The notes below the pieces were generated by a model, which worked only from the letters and a program-made list of their open reading frames with translations, was not told the origin of the DNA and did not search any database. Source: Ginglymostoma cirratum (lineage: Eukaryota). From it: a stretch of 64,000 nt of DNA. The position numbers and the translations under genes are program-made. Below, piece by piece: positions 49,955 through 63,031 of the stretch (within the stretch, counting starts at the first letter, position 1; each line of letters opens with the position of its first letter). The DNA is taken from assembly GCA_024137785.1 (NCBI GenBank), contig JAHRHZ010000042.1:23673424-23737423 (forward strand). The letters run 5' to 3'.

Positions 49955-50172
49955 ATGGCTATTGATTGTCAATCACCAATTAATTGGTGCTTTCCCCATG
50001 GTAACACCACTACCACTCAGAGTCCACATCATAACCAATAAGCAGTCACCTCTCATGCAATTTAATTTTTTTTCCCTTTATTAGATTTCTTGCGAAATAT
50101 TCTGATGAGTGCAAGAAAAGCTTTAACAATATGCTCCTTTTCAGCAAAAGTCATGTTCTGTATTACTAAATG
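49955..50172 (+). mobile_element. Short interspersed element carrying a decayed hammerhead core (probable PLE pLTR derivative)
   Basis: Contains atatt-CTGATGA-gtgcaa-GAAA-AGCTTT-aacaat at 50096-50130, with palindromic AAGCTT at the stem III position. Confidence 0.45.
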
Positions 50173-50504
50173 ACTATATCTCTATTTGTTTATTTCAAAA
50201 CCCAAATTATCTGAAGATATTTATAAGGTTGCAGCGAGGAATATGTGTTAAAAATGTCCATCTCAAAGCAATTCAAAATTCTTTTTGTCTGAAGCACTAA
50301 TGATAATAAAAAAAGTTTATTTCTCAGCCTATGTTTTCTGTATTGTTATTGCCATTTCTGTAAAAATAAACTGCAGAACACAGAGATTTGTGCCAAATAA
50401 ATTGTGTTTTTTATGTACAATATCGGTTTTCATTTTAACATATTAAGATTATCAATAATAGTTTTTTTTTTACTTTATTTGATTGCATTGGCAAGAGTTT
50501 CTGG

Positions 50505-52670
50505 GAGTAATTTGGGAGACACAGCAAAAATTCATCCCCAGGGAAAAGAAGTATGCTTAAAGGAAGGTTGAGGCAACCATAGCTGACAAGGGAAGTCAAG
50601 GACAGCATAAAAACAAAAGAGAAAGCTAGTGCTGTGGCAAAGGGAAGTGGGTAGCCAGAAGATTTGGAAACCTACAAAGACCAACAGAGGACAATGAAAA
50701 AAGAAATAAGGAGGGAGAAGATTAAATATGAAGCTAAGCTAGCCAGTGATATAAAAGAAGATTGCAAGCATTTCTTTAGATATATAAAGGGCAAAAGAGA
50801 GGCAAAAGTGAACATCAGACCATTGGAAAATGACGCTGGAGAAGCTGTAATAGGGAACAAAGAAATGGCCGAGGAACTGTATAAGTACTTTGTGTCAGCC
50901 TTCACAGTGGAAGACATAGGTAATATCCCAAAATTTCAAGACTGTCCTGGGTGGAGGGGGAGGGTGTGCAGATGTGACTATAGTTGCCATTACTAAAAAG
51001 AACGTGCCAGAAAAACTGAAAGGTCTGAAGATGAATAAATCACCTGGATCACACCCCAGAGTTCTCAAGGAGGTAGCTGAAGAGATAGTCAAGGTGTTAG
51101 TGGTGATCTTTCAGGAATCACAGAGAGAGTCCTAGAGGACTGGAAAATCATGAATGTAACTCCCATGTTTAAGAAGGGTCTAAGGCAAAAGGCAGGAAAT
51201 TACAGGACGATTCGTCTGACCTCAGTCGTTAGTAAGATTTGAGTCCATTGTGAAGGATGAGATTTCTGAACACTTGGAAGTGCATGGTAAAAGAGGGTAA
51301 AGTTAATGTGGTTTCATAAAGGGGAGGTCATGCCTGACAAATCTGTTAGAAATCTTTGAGGAGGTTACGGGTAGGTTAGACCAAGGAGAAGCAATGGATA
51401 TTATCTACTTGGACTTCCAGAAGGCCTTTGACAAGGTGCCACACTGGAGGCTGCTTAGTAAGCTAAGGGCCCATGGTGTTAGAGGCAAGGTGCTAGCTTG
51501 GATAAAAGATTGGCTGTCTGGCAGAAAGCAGAGAGTGGAGATAAAAGGGTCCTTCTCAGGATTGAAGCCGGTGAAAAGCGGTATTCTATAATGGTCAATG
51601 TTGGGACCACAACTTTTCACTTTATACATTAATGATCTAGATGAAGGAACTGAGGGCATTCTGGCTAAGTTTGCAGATGATACAAAGATAAGTGAAGGGA
51701 CAGGTAGTATTGAGGAGGTGGGGAGGCTGCAGATGGATTTAGTCAGTTTAAGAGAGTGGGCAAAGAAGTGGCAGATGGAATACAACAAGGGAACGTGTAA
51801 GGCCATGCACTTTGGTAGGAAGAACAGAAGCATGGACTATTTTCTAAATAGGGACAAAAATTCAGAAATCTGAAGTGCAAAGGGACTTGGGAGTTGTCGT
51901 ATTGGATTCTCTTAAGGTTGAGTAGGTATTATAGGACATAGAACATGGAACAATACAGCGCAGAACAGGCCCTTCGGCCCTCGATGTTGTGCCAACCTGT
52001 GAACTAATCTAAGCCCATCCTCTACACTATCCCATCATCATCCAAATTTCGGAAGGCAAATACAATGTTGGTATTCTTTTTGAGAGGACTAGAATATAAA
52101 GGCAAGGATGTACTTCTGAAGTTTTATAAAGCTTTGATCGACCAGATTTAGCTTATTGTGAGCAATTTTGGACCCCACTCATCAGGAAGGAGGTACTGGC
52201 CCTGAAGCAGGTTCAGAGGAGGTTCAGGGGAATGATCCCAGGAATGAAAGGCTTAGCTTATGAGGAATGTTTGAGGACTCTGGGTCTATACTCGATGGAG
52301 GTCAGAAAGATAAGGGGGATTCAATTGAAACTTACAGAATACTTAATGGCCTGGACAGAGTGGACATTAGGAAGATGTTTCCATTGGTAGGAGAGACTAG
52401 GACCCGAGGGCACGCCTTAGAGTAAAGGGAAGACTCTTTAGAGTGGAGATGAGGAGAAACTTTTTCAGCCAGAGGGTGGTGAATCGATGGAATTCATTGC
52501 CACAGAAGGCTGTGGAGGCCAGGTCAAAGAGTACATTTAGGAGTGAGAGAGATAGGTTCCTAATTGTCAAGGGGATCAAGGGTGACAGGGAGAAAGCAAG
52601 AGAACAGGATTGAGAAACTTATCAACCATGATTGAATGGCCTAATTTCTGCTCCTATGTCTTATGGTCTT
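50505..52670 (+). mobile_element. 5'-truncated CR1 LINE (ORF2 RT, degenerate)
   Basis: KLASDIKEDCKHFFRYIK, MDIIYLDFQKAFDKVPH, LGPQLFTLYINDLDEG..KFADDTK. 3' tail ctcctatgtcttatggtctta. Confidence 0.95.
51933..52045 (-). mobile_element. CR1 3' tail nested in antisense inside the CR1 above
   Basis: acatagaacatggaacaatacagcgcagaacaggcccttcggccctcgatgttgtgcc resembles the tail at 29922-29990 and interrupts the host RT C-terminus. Confidence 0.75.
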
Positions 52671-53490
52671 AGTTCAATCTGACATCATCAAGAATCCCTT
52701 TGCCAGGTGCTGCCATTATATTTTTCAGGAAATTCCGACATTACACTGTTCTTTTGCTACATATGTTAATGGTCTGACGTTATCCAGATTCCACAGGATT
52801 GACACATGGGCAGAAAACATGTTGCTCAGTTTTATGCATAAGCGCAGCCTGAGTTTCCTATGTTTTACCTTCCTTCTCCGCCCCTTGACAGTTATGGGGG
52901 GACCCACTGATGGAGGTCAAATCCAGACCCCGAATCAACAGCACTTCACACATTTTAGGGAGAAATATCTTATTGCAATTATACCATGTGTAAAGATTAC
53001 ATTATCATAGGACTCCCAACCACAAGTGGGTGTAGCCTGTAACTAAGTAATAACGGCCATGGAAGTAACAAGAAGGCAGAAATAAGGTCACATTGTGGCA
53101 GTGCAGCAAGGATGGGGTACAATGACAATTGTGCAGAAGCTAGTGACTTTTTGCATTGCTAACCACCCCAAAATAAAAGATATATGACATGAGGTACCTG
53201 GTATTGGACAAGTGGACAACTCAGCTGAAAACCCGAACTTCCAGAGTGAAACCAGAAAGATAGCTACCTAATGATTGAGGGAAGGTGTCTGGTCTCCAAT
53301 CTGCACCATCACATTTACAGATTTACTGTGCAGGAGAATCAATTGACAGAAACCCAAGGTGTAACCATCTACAGCACAATGTGCTGCAATTCCGTCCAGT
53401 ATTGTGCATAGCTCATACCACAGAGTGTTACCTGGGCAAGGCGGGTCTCCAAGGGTTTCACACAAACTGATTCCCCTCCCTCTGAGAACG

Positions 53491-53856
53491 GAAGTGGTGA
53501 CAGAGTGGTAATGTCACTGGACCAGTCAGTTAGACCCCCGATGCTAACATTCTGGGGACATGGGTTCAAATCCCACTTTGGCAGATTGTGAAATTTTAAT
53601 TCAGTAAAAATCTGGAATTAAAAGCTAGATTGTCATTAAAACAACTCTGGCTCATTAATGTATTTTAGGGAAGAAAATCTGCCATCCTTAACTGATCTCT
53701 TCTCTGTGCGATTCCAGACTCAAAGCAATTTCATTGACTCTAAACTGCCCTCTGAAGAGGCCGAGCAAGCCATTCAGATCCAGGACACTTAGCGATGGAC
53801 AATAAAATGCTGGCCCATCCAGCAACACCCACATCCCTTGAACGAACATGAAAAAG
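53491..53856 (+). mobile_element. tRNA-derived SINE with LINE-shared 3' tail
   Basis: A box gtgacagagtggtaatg, B box gggttcaaatccc, body tagggaagaaaatctgccatcc, tail gatggacaataaaatgctggcccatccagcaacacccacatccc. Confidence 0.85.
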
Positions 53857-54355
53857 ACAAAATCCCTCCACTGCTGCCCAGGCCGTTGCTTGCCACTGAG
53901 TCACATCTCGGACCGTATTCTTGGAAATTCAAATTACAGCATAACTCACAGGTAGACTGTGAGTTATACTAAAAGACGACATTCGGATTTGTTTTAAATG
54001 TCACACTGAATGATTCACGTACAATAATAAACAGACATATTTAAAAGTTAAACCAAAACTGATCCTCATTTCAAACACTTCTCTGCACTGATCAGAGCCA
54101 CAGCTCAATTATTTCCTGCTTGTGTTTTTGAGTAGCGGGTCACATAAGTTAATGGGGATTCTCCTGAATATGATTTTCAGATGAGAATAGTCTTCACTGA
54201 ATGACAGCGCTGTTAAGGAGCAGAACGAAACCATTCGGCCCATCATGCCTGCATCAGCTCTTCAAACGAGCATCGTTACCCTGTGGCAATCTCCTGCATT
54301 TACCCTACTTGCTTGCACACTATTTCTATTTCCATTTGATCATTTTAAATCTATG

Positions 54356-54456
54356 AAACAGACAGAAACTGCTGGAGAAACTCAGCAGGTCTGTCTGCAT
54401 CCATGGAGAGAGAAAAATACAGTTAACATTTCGAGTCTAGTGTGACTCTTCTTCAG
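54356..54456 (-). mobile_element. Single Penelope-like pLTR insertion with 9-bp TSD and hammerhead core
   Basis: aaatctatg duplicated at 54347-54355 and 54457-54465. Minus strand CTGAAGA-A-GAGTC-acacta-GACTC-GAAA-TGTT-aact. Confidence 0.8.
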
Positions 54457-56319
54457 AAATCTATGCTGTCTTATTCTTGATCCTTTTATGAGCAGGTACA
54501 ACATCTCCCTTTCTACTCTATCCATCGTTGTCTCAAGGAATTGCACTACCTGGGCTCAGAAACTGCAGTGACGCAGATTTAGACCCATACAGCCTAAAGA
54601 AAATGGCAATTCAAAAAGCTAAGGATATACCCAAAGTCCCAGGAAGTGAACTGTGGCTGAACTAGGGCAAGGTCCTGCTGATGGGCATGCTGCGAGCACC
54701 TTGCTGGCAAATAATGGAACATTGGTCATTTCATTTCATTTGGTAAATTGCCGATGCCAGAAATCACTCTGTATTGGAGGTTGTATCAAGAGACATGGAT
54801 GTGGGGAAGGCAATTGGAGGGCTGTGAGGAGAAGGCTACTGATGGTCAGTAAAAGACTCAGATTCAATGTGGAGCTGACAGGAGCAGGAGTTCTATGCCT
54901 CAGCAGTCAGTCAGCTCTCACCCTCCTGCCCGTTACCTGAGGGAAAGCACATAACCTAAAATTCATTTGTTGTAATGGGGCAACTGCCTGGAGAGAGGTG
55001 AAAGAATTGCATTGAATCTGAGCTTAATCTTTTGGACTATATCAGATCAAGCACATACTGCTTCGCCAGTGCCAATTTTGACCCCAGGCTAATTTCCAGC
55101 CCTGCATCTTTTTGGAATTTTCATGGCATGCACAGCAAATTGTCATCCATCCAGTTGTGCTTTTTTTCAAAGCATTTCCTGACAAGGTAATCACCACTTG
55201 ATGAGTTAGAGTGTTTTTCTTTAAAGAGAACCTTATTTTAAATGGAAAAGTTTTGGTGATTGTGTTTTGCTCTGAGCGGCTTGTGTCATTTCATCAACAT
55301 TTGCACCAAGTAACAAACATGTTCTAATTTGATTTATTTCTGGAATTAAAATGAATGCTTTGCAATCACTTTTCATGAAGACATTATCCTTCAAATTTTC
55401 TTTATCAAGTATACTGTGAAATGCGATTCAGCATTACATCCACTGTGTGATGTAATTTAATCATTAATTCATGTGTTTGACTTGCACTGGTTTCTAAGAA
55501 TTCCTTGATGGATTTTTTTTCAGTCAGCTGCAATTTACACTTTTGATTAATACTGTTCCTCAGGGTTCCCCACTACTCCAAGCTTTCAGCAGTTCACATT
55601 CCCAGCCAGAAGGTTGCTAGTGCATTTACCAGGCCTATTTGACATACAAACTCACTTGTCTTGGCTAAGCGTTCTGGGATATTACATTGGGAATGAGGAA
55701 ATAGCGATGTATTATGCTGGAGCAAGAGTATAAAGAGTGATGGAAAAGTTAGGCTACTTCTGTGTACAAAATTTCACAGCAGCATTAATTGGAGCTCTGG
55801 CTGTTGGTTCTGGTCTGCCTTGCTCTCAAGATTGAAGGAATCATACAGAGAACCACAGCCACACAGAGAAAAAAATCGAAGAATCTGTAACAAAAGCAAT
55901 ATACTCCGGATAAGGATTTCTGAATTGAAAGACAGAAAAAGCTGGAACTATGCAGGAGTTTTGGCTGTATTCCCATTTAGACAATGCTTTAGATTAATGT
56001 CCTTTTCTTAGAATTGATGTGATTGACCTGAAAGATTAACATTGACACTGCCAGATGGGATGAGTTTTTCCAGAACTTTCTCTTTATTAAAAAAATTATG
56101 AAATTACTAAGTGTACCATTTGGTTCTGTACAACTAACAGTTAGGAAGCAGGTTTATCACAGCACTGCCTCATGTTTTGACCTTAGGTGGCAGATCAACA
56201 TGAGACAGGTTGAGGCTGAAAATCCAACTCACATCAGACTGGAAAACATTAATTGATTGGTCAAATCAATCCACTCAGACATATGTTGTAGCCCTGGATA
56301 CGTCGGAGCTGACTGACTG

Positions 56320-56591
56320 AGTATCACTATGGTGGAGTTTGCACATTCTCCCGTGTCTGTGTGGGTTTCCTTAGGGTGCTCCAGTTTCCTCCCCGATCCA
56401 AAAATATGGAGGTTAGGTGGATTGGCTATGCTAAATTGCCCGTAGCGTCTAGAGATGTGCAGGCTGGGCCGATTATCTGTGGAAAATGCAGGGTTACAAG
56501 GATGTTGTGGGTTTGGTTGGGATTCCCTTTGGATGGTTGGTGCAGATTCAATGGGCCAAATGGCCTGCTTCTACAGTTAAGGATTCTATGA
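56320..56591 (+). mobile_element. HE1 (V-SINE), 5'-truncated
   Basis: gtggagtttgcacattctcccgtgtctgtgtgggtttccttagggtgctccagtttcctcccc...gggccaaatggcctgcttctac..ggattctatga. Confidence 0.88.
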
Positions 56592-57309
56592 TCAGCACAG
56601 TCTGGATTGTGATATATAAGAAAGCAAACTGAAAGGTGGGGAAGTAGCCTTCAAACAGGAGTGTCATTTTGCTTATCCAAATAGGTCTCAGATTTGATAA
56701 GCTCTGGTATTGAATTCAGGAACATCAAACCTGAAAATGTGAGAGGCTCTACAACTGATCTCAGAATACTGGGTCAGCAATAGTGCCATTTTCGCATATT
56801 CATGTGAAGGTCCTTTTTGTAAGAGTTTTGTGTTTTTGTGAGAGAAAGATAGAGAACATCAAGTGACTTTGAAACAAAGATTAGACTCAGTAATTAGCCT
56901 CTTCTGTCCTGTTAATGGTGGGTGCTTACCAGAAGGTATACACCTCAGTAATGGTCACATCATCAAAGCAATATGCTCCAGCAAAAGTTAATTTCTTCAC
57001 AAGGGGAAAAGCATGGCAGGAAAAATAAAATTGGAAGGAGAAAAATTAAACAAAATGTTTAGCATTGTATTTTTGGGGTTGGTGGAGCAAGGGTTACTTC
57101 GCTTCTTAATGCAAATCCGAGAGGATGATGTCCCGATTTAATGTTTGCAATGCTATATCCTATTTGACAGACACCACAGCTCTAAAGAAGGGGGAGAGAG
57201 AGACTCAAAAATCTTAACATGATAGTGAACCTTTGAACAATTTCTGGTGATGAAGGGAAAATATTTTGGAGAGAATGCATCTGAAGAACCAGAAGCAGAA
57301 TTAGTTTCA

Positions 57310-57647
57310 GAGGTTACGATATTGATGCAACTTTGCAAAAGCACCTACTAGCTGACACCCAACTGGACTTCAAACAGGCGCTACAATTGGCTTTGTCATT
57401 AGAAAATGTGGCAAGTGGAGATATGAGTTACAGGGCATGCTGTTGGAAGTGGGCACCTGCGCTAGGCCGACTGAGCTTGGGTGACACCACTTGAGTGAAG
57501 GCGAATGCATAGCCTCACTCAGGACATATCCTGAACAGACAGACTCAGAGCTGGCTCTGAGCAAGCCAGACCAGTGTCAAGTACTATGCAAGTGTAAGTA
57601 AAGTGTGACTTGGTGATGAGATACTGGCCTCTGTGGAGTTATTTCAG
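57310..57647 (+). mobile_element. Gypsy gag fragment fused to a partial 3' LTR
   Basis: DATLQKHLLADTQLDFKQALQLALSLENVASG (gag-like). 57540-57647 aligns with the solo LTR at 47825-48051 and ends gttatttca. Confidence 0.75.
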
Positions 57648-60600
57648 ATACTGAAAATCTGACAGCAGAAGTTAGAGATAAATTGTAGAAAGGGGACACA
57701 AATTGGCAAGTTAACTGATTTTGTGCCGTCAGTGCTTGAAGGGAAATTAGGTTAGAAAATCATTCCTACACTTTTGTAGCTCCTTCCTGAGCCTGTGAGA
57801 ACTGCTCCTTGCTTGAGTTGTAGAATCAATTAATTTATCCTGTTACATAAAGGGAAAAATACTTTTCAACGCAGACACTTTCAAGGAATGGAAGATTGTA
57901 CAGGTAAAGAGTAATCCATCGATCAAGGTAATTTCTTTTGTTAGCATTCCACTTTGCTGAGCTGAAACAAACAGCCTTGGGGACGAAATAAAAGCAGCTG
58001 TTAGATCGAAGGTATTGTTCTCCTGAGAAGGTGAGCAATTAAAGTAACAGCTTTCGAGAGTCTGAGCTTTTACTAGAAGAATCAGCCAACACTGATATCC
58101 TTGCTGTGCACAGCATCCACTCTGACCTTCTCAACAGACCTATTTCTAAGGAACGATGCGCATTTATAAAAAAAACATAAAGTAAAGATGAAATGGGAAT
58201 CTATGACGACATTGAATATCAACCAGACTGTCTCTTTAGATTTAAAACTTTCATATTTGATCTTGCAAGGAAGTTTCTTGAATATATTCAGCAAAACCAT
58301 TACCGTTTCGTTTTGACCAATATCACTGTTGACAGTCAACAAAATTAATTCTGAACATACTGAGTCTAGGTTTCTCCATCACTGCAGGAAATCGAAGCAA
58401 AAGTTTGTTCCTAATGCACATAAAGGCCACAGTGCATCTCATTATGTTTGCCACCTGCTAAGAACATGAAGTTGTTTCCACCGCTCTCGCTGTTGCCTCT
58501 ACTGTTCAAATATTAAATTCAAATCACAGATGTTCCTAATGTCTATTCTCCTCAGTTACCAGGTTTTCACCTGTAGCTGCAGCTCATTTTTTGCACTGAA
58601 CTTCACATAAAAACAATTTGAAACCTAAATAATTACAGAAACGTATGTATTTATCTTTCAACTTTTCTATTCTGATTTTAACTGCTTAGCTGAAAGAAAG
58701 TCACAGTTCTGTGTGATTTTTAAGCAATATGAGCTGGGTTTATTGTCAAAAATCTATCAAATGCGTCAAATAGCGGATTGTGTGGGTGAGTCAGTGTATG
58801 ATTTGAGATGTTGTAGATTTTATTTTCAAACTTGAAAAGGAATGCTTCACACTAATTGCAGATAAACCATGAAAGCGTGAAGTCCAATTAGTGAGAAAGC
58901 ACAGATGGCTGTATTGTACAAAATGTACTGTATCTATGCCAAGCCTGCAAGATGATGACTTTTCAACAACTTCCATAAGACCAGCCATTTTGTTGTCTGA
59001 AAGCCAGTGCGCCAATAAATTGCTATGAAGTATAAATTAGCTCACTCTGTGTGAAATAGGATTAAATGGTTAACATGTCTTCCAGTAATGCATCTTACAA
59101 TGTAGAATTCTTCAGGTGCAACTTTGTTTCCAATTCAGTTTAGGTTAATTAATAAATCATTACGACTGCACATCCAGTCAAGTCATGTGTGCCCGTTAAT
59201 CATTTCATAATTTTTATACATTATTAGGTCAATCAACACAATGCATGTAAAATTAAACTATAAAGTTGTTAAAATAAATCAGATGTGATATCCACATCAA
59301 TGTGAATATATAATGACAAATTATGGGAAAATGATGGCTGACTACTATCTTCTTAAGGGTCACAAGTTGAGCACAATGAAAATACTGCATATGTTGTAAT
59401 TGATGGAAATTACAAAAATGGCTTTCAGCGTTAAGAATATTTTAAAAAGGAATAAAATTTATGTCCAAATTTTGTTTTATTCGCAAGATTTTGCTGTTCA
59501 TTAGTATTTGGCTATTATTTTTGATTAAACAACATACTGTCCATGAGAATTGTTTTAAAACTGAGAATATATACTCACATATACCTATGATAGTCTGGTC
59601 CACTTTTGTAGGTGAGGGCATGCTTTGACATGGTTGGGACATGAGGTGTGGGTGTCATTAATAATTACAAATAATCCTTGGGGCAATATCAACAATCCAC
59701 TATTGCGATGCATTGCGAAGACTACGTGAACACCCACTGACACAGACGTTCTGTTATTAATTTTTTAAAGCGCTAGGAATTTATATAACTTCACAGTTCC
59801 CTCTCACTGACCTGGGCAGTCTACATTTATTTATGTATTCAAATGACTGAATACTCAGATACTTTCACAGCTTGACAGCCCTACAGAGGATATCAACCCT
59901 TCATGTGCATTTACGACTGTGCTAAAAAAAAACTCTCATCTTGAAGGCCAAGGACCTTGCTGCTTCGCAAAAGGGTCTGACTGAATGGCCCTGCTGAGTT
60001 CTTGTTTCCCTCATGTATGGATCATATGTTGGTGCCTTTCCCTGCCAATAAAAATAGGATCTGCTGAAAAGGAGCATGAAACTTCCAGATCCAGGTCGAG
60101 TCAATCATTGCAAAAGGTGAGTGGAGTGTCATGATCTGAGCTGATGATAATATTGGACATATCAGATCCCAGAACAAGGCCTTGCTTGGTAGATCATAAG
60201 ACTTTATTTTTGCCATTTATTTAACTTGGCGCTCAGTCGCTGAACATAGTCAAAAGAGGCCAACCATGTACTTTCATCACAAGAACAGAGAAGTCTATTA
60301 CACATAAAATTGAAGGAAAACAAAAAAAGCTGACTGCAATAAATGATACAGCCACTAGCTGAAATAGACTTCGTACAAAACATCAGAAATAAAGCTTCAA
60401 CCCTTGTGCTCTCAACAAAAATCCTTGCTGATACTGAAAGCAGAGTGAGGTGCCATTCTATCTGCACTGTAATGCTCCTTATGCAATTGGAACTGCTGTA
60501 ATTTGTTCATTTTTGGTAAATTTCCATTTAATGCATTTGCTCAATACAATTTCTTTAGTCAATGTTTCTACCTGGGACTTGTAAATAAACTGCTAACCCC

Positions 60601-62099
60601 TTACTTATTTCTTAATGTGGACTCCTTGAACTGATCTCTCACAGTTTCTCTTTCTTGAGATTTTCTCTGACTGATGTAAAGCCATTCAGAACTTCTTTTT
60701 TGCTGCCCTATTTTGAGGGCTGTAAAACCGGACTGCTGCTGGAACAGATTCATCTCTGGATTACCTACTTGTCTCTGAAAGAAACCTGCACTAAATTATT
60801 TTTCTTCCTGTCTTTGTCTTCATATCTTATAGGACACCTTTTTGATAGGCAGCTACATATTCTTTGCTTCTATTCTTTGTTCTCATGCCCTTAAGGATTT
60901 TAACAACGCAACACCATTCTCACAACTCACAAATGAAACTAAATCTGTCTCCTTCCCTTCTTAACGCACACATTGGAGAAATACAAATCAAAGTTAAAGC
61001 AATACACAATTTTCCCACTTTAGAACACAAGTTTTCAAGTGCAGTATATCATGACTCTTCGTCTCAGGATTCTCAATCTGAGTCTGGCTGTAATAAGTGT
61101 GAAAATACAAACATCCATCAGGCTGATAACAGACTAAACTAACCAAAAAAATGCCATTTCAGTTTGTATTTGTTAAACATAAAATTTTTAAAGTGTAGGT
61201 TCTCAGAAAGCAATTTTGTACCCCCTAACACCAGAGAAAACATTGGTGAATGTCAGACCTTCCTCAGAACAGTGCTCACGGTAATTATCACTTGTCATTT
61301 GGCTCATGCTTTATCCGACAAGGAAAGATACATCCTACTCCAACTCCATAGATCCATGTCTCGTACTGTTCTGTTCATTGGAAATGAGAAAGTTTGTCTA
61401 ATGAGCTTTAATTAATTTGGCACACAAATTTCATGCTAAAGAAGTATTAGATCTGCATGTTGTTCAGCAATTAGTTCAGGCATGGAAGAGCAACAGCTCA
61501 CAAGCATTGCAACAATTCATTGCGGACTCTGCTGGTTAGCAGTTAACCTCTTCCGGCTCATCTAGGCAACGTCCCTAAAATGAAGACAAATATAATTCCT
61601 GACAAAAATATCGGTAATGTTCAAAATGGGCAGACAAATTTAACTACAAATATCTAATTTCAGGTTTGCGCTGACTCCAGATCTTTTCCAAATTCTCAAT
61701 GCATGGAATAGACTGAATGTCACAATTAAGGATGAGCAATAAATACTCCCTTGGCCAGCAACACTGTCATCCCATCAACAAACTAAGAGTTGACCTTCTA
61801 TAATATTGTGACATAGGCAAACCGTCCTTGCTCTTTCTTTTGACCTGTCTAAAGAATTTGACACTAGCCTGGTCTAATGACTCTTCACTGTCATCCACCT
61901 GGTTGAGGCCGCACTTAGCTGGTCCCATTCTTATCTGCTCAGTCGTAGCTTGAAAATCGGTGGCTCCTCTTACATTCTTAAACCATGACATCTGTTGTCT
62001 CCTAAGCAGCTAGCATGGGTCAAGTTCAATTTATCATGACATATTGTCTATCAGTGGTACCAATTTGAATGCGCGTTGTCAGCTTCCAAAGGTAATATT

Positions 62100-62480
62100 C
62101 AGCCATACCTACACCCCAGTTGCCCTCACTATTGTGAAATCATCAGACTACTTGTCCACCATCAGGTACTGGATCAGCAGAAATTTTCTTCCCCTAAATA
62201 TTGGGAAGATGGAGCCATTTTCTACAATGCTCACCACAGTTCCTTCACTCTGACTATACCCTGTTTCTGGGAGCAGAGGGTGAACCATGCTATTTGTAAC
62301 TTTGATGTCACATTTGATCCAGAAATAAGATTACACCTTTTCCATTGCTAAGACCACCTATTTCCACTTCCATTGCACAACTCTGTCCTACCTCATCTCA
62401 TCAACTTCTGAAATTCTCAGCCAAGACATCGAGATTTTGAGACTTAACTACCCTAATGCCTTCTTTCTGTCCTTTATACT
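62100..62480 (+). mobile_element. L2-type LINE RT C-terminal fragment
   Basis: SDYLSTIRYWISRNFLPLNIGKME, then NFDVTFDPEI and KTTYFHF. Confidence 0.65.
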
Positions 62481-63031
62481 CATAAAACTCTGTTTGGCTT
62501 AAACAGCTGTTCAGAAGGATTTATACAGAGAAGATAATCCGTTATCTACCTTTCAAATTGCAGAAAGCAGCTCCCTTTGGACTTTAGTATATTCTTAATT
62601 TTTTTTTAAGCAAGTCATTCATAACTGAATCTATCGTTTTATCTTGCCGTGCATAGGGACACTAAACAGGGGCTTGCACTGTTTGGGAATGGACTCCAAA
62701 AGGACAAAAAAAATTGCAGCAGCTGCTGCAGAACGGGTTCTGTTGGATGCTCAGGGCAGCAATAGAATTTCCAATGGATAAGCCAAGGTGGTCAGAACAT
62801 GGCAGGCAGCTGTCGAGGGAAAACAAACAACAATCTAGCCAGAACGGAGGGAAGCAATGAATGAGCAGACTGCTCCCGACGGACAAATTTTAATTGTTAA
62901 ACCTCTTCCTGAGGCAATCAGGTGGAAATTAAGTCACAGCTGGTTTACAGTAATGCCATCACACCTGGGAAAACAAACTCTATAAGGAGTGCAGCATTCA
63001 GGCAGGAAGGATAAGGCAGATGATCAGAAGT

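Noticed and set aside
61767-61991. 74-aa minus-strand ORF beginning MSWFKN
   Set aside because: No Ig-domain motifs or convincing splice sites; the length is expected by chance.
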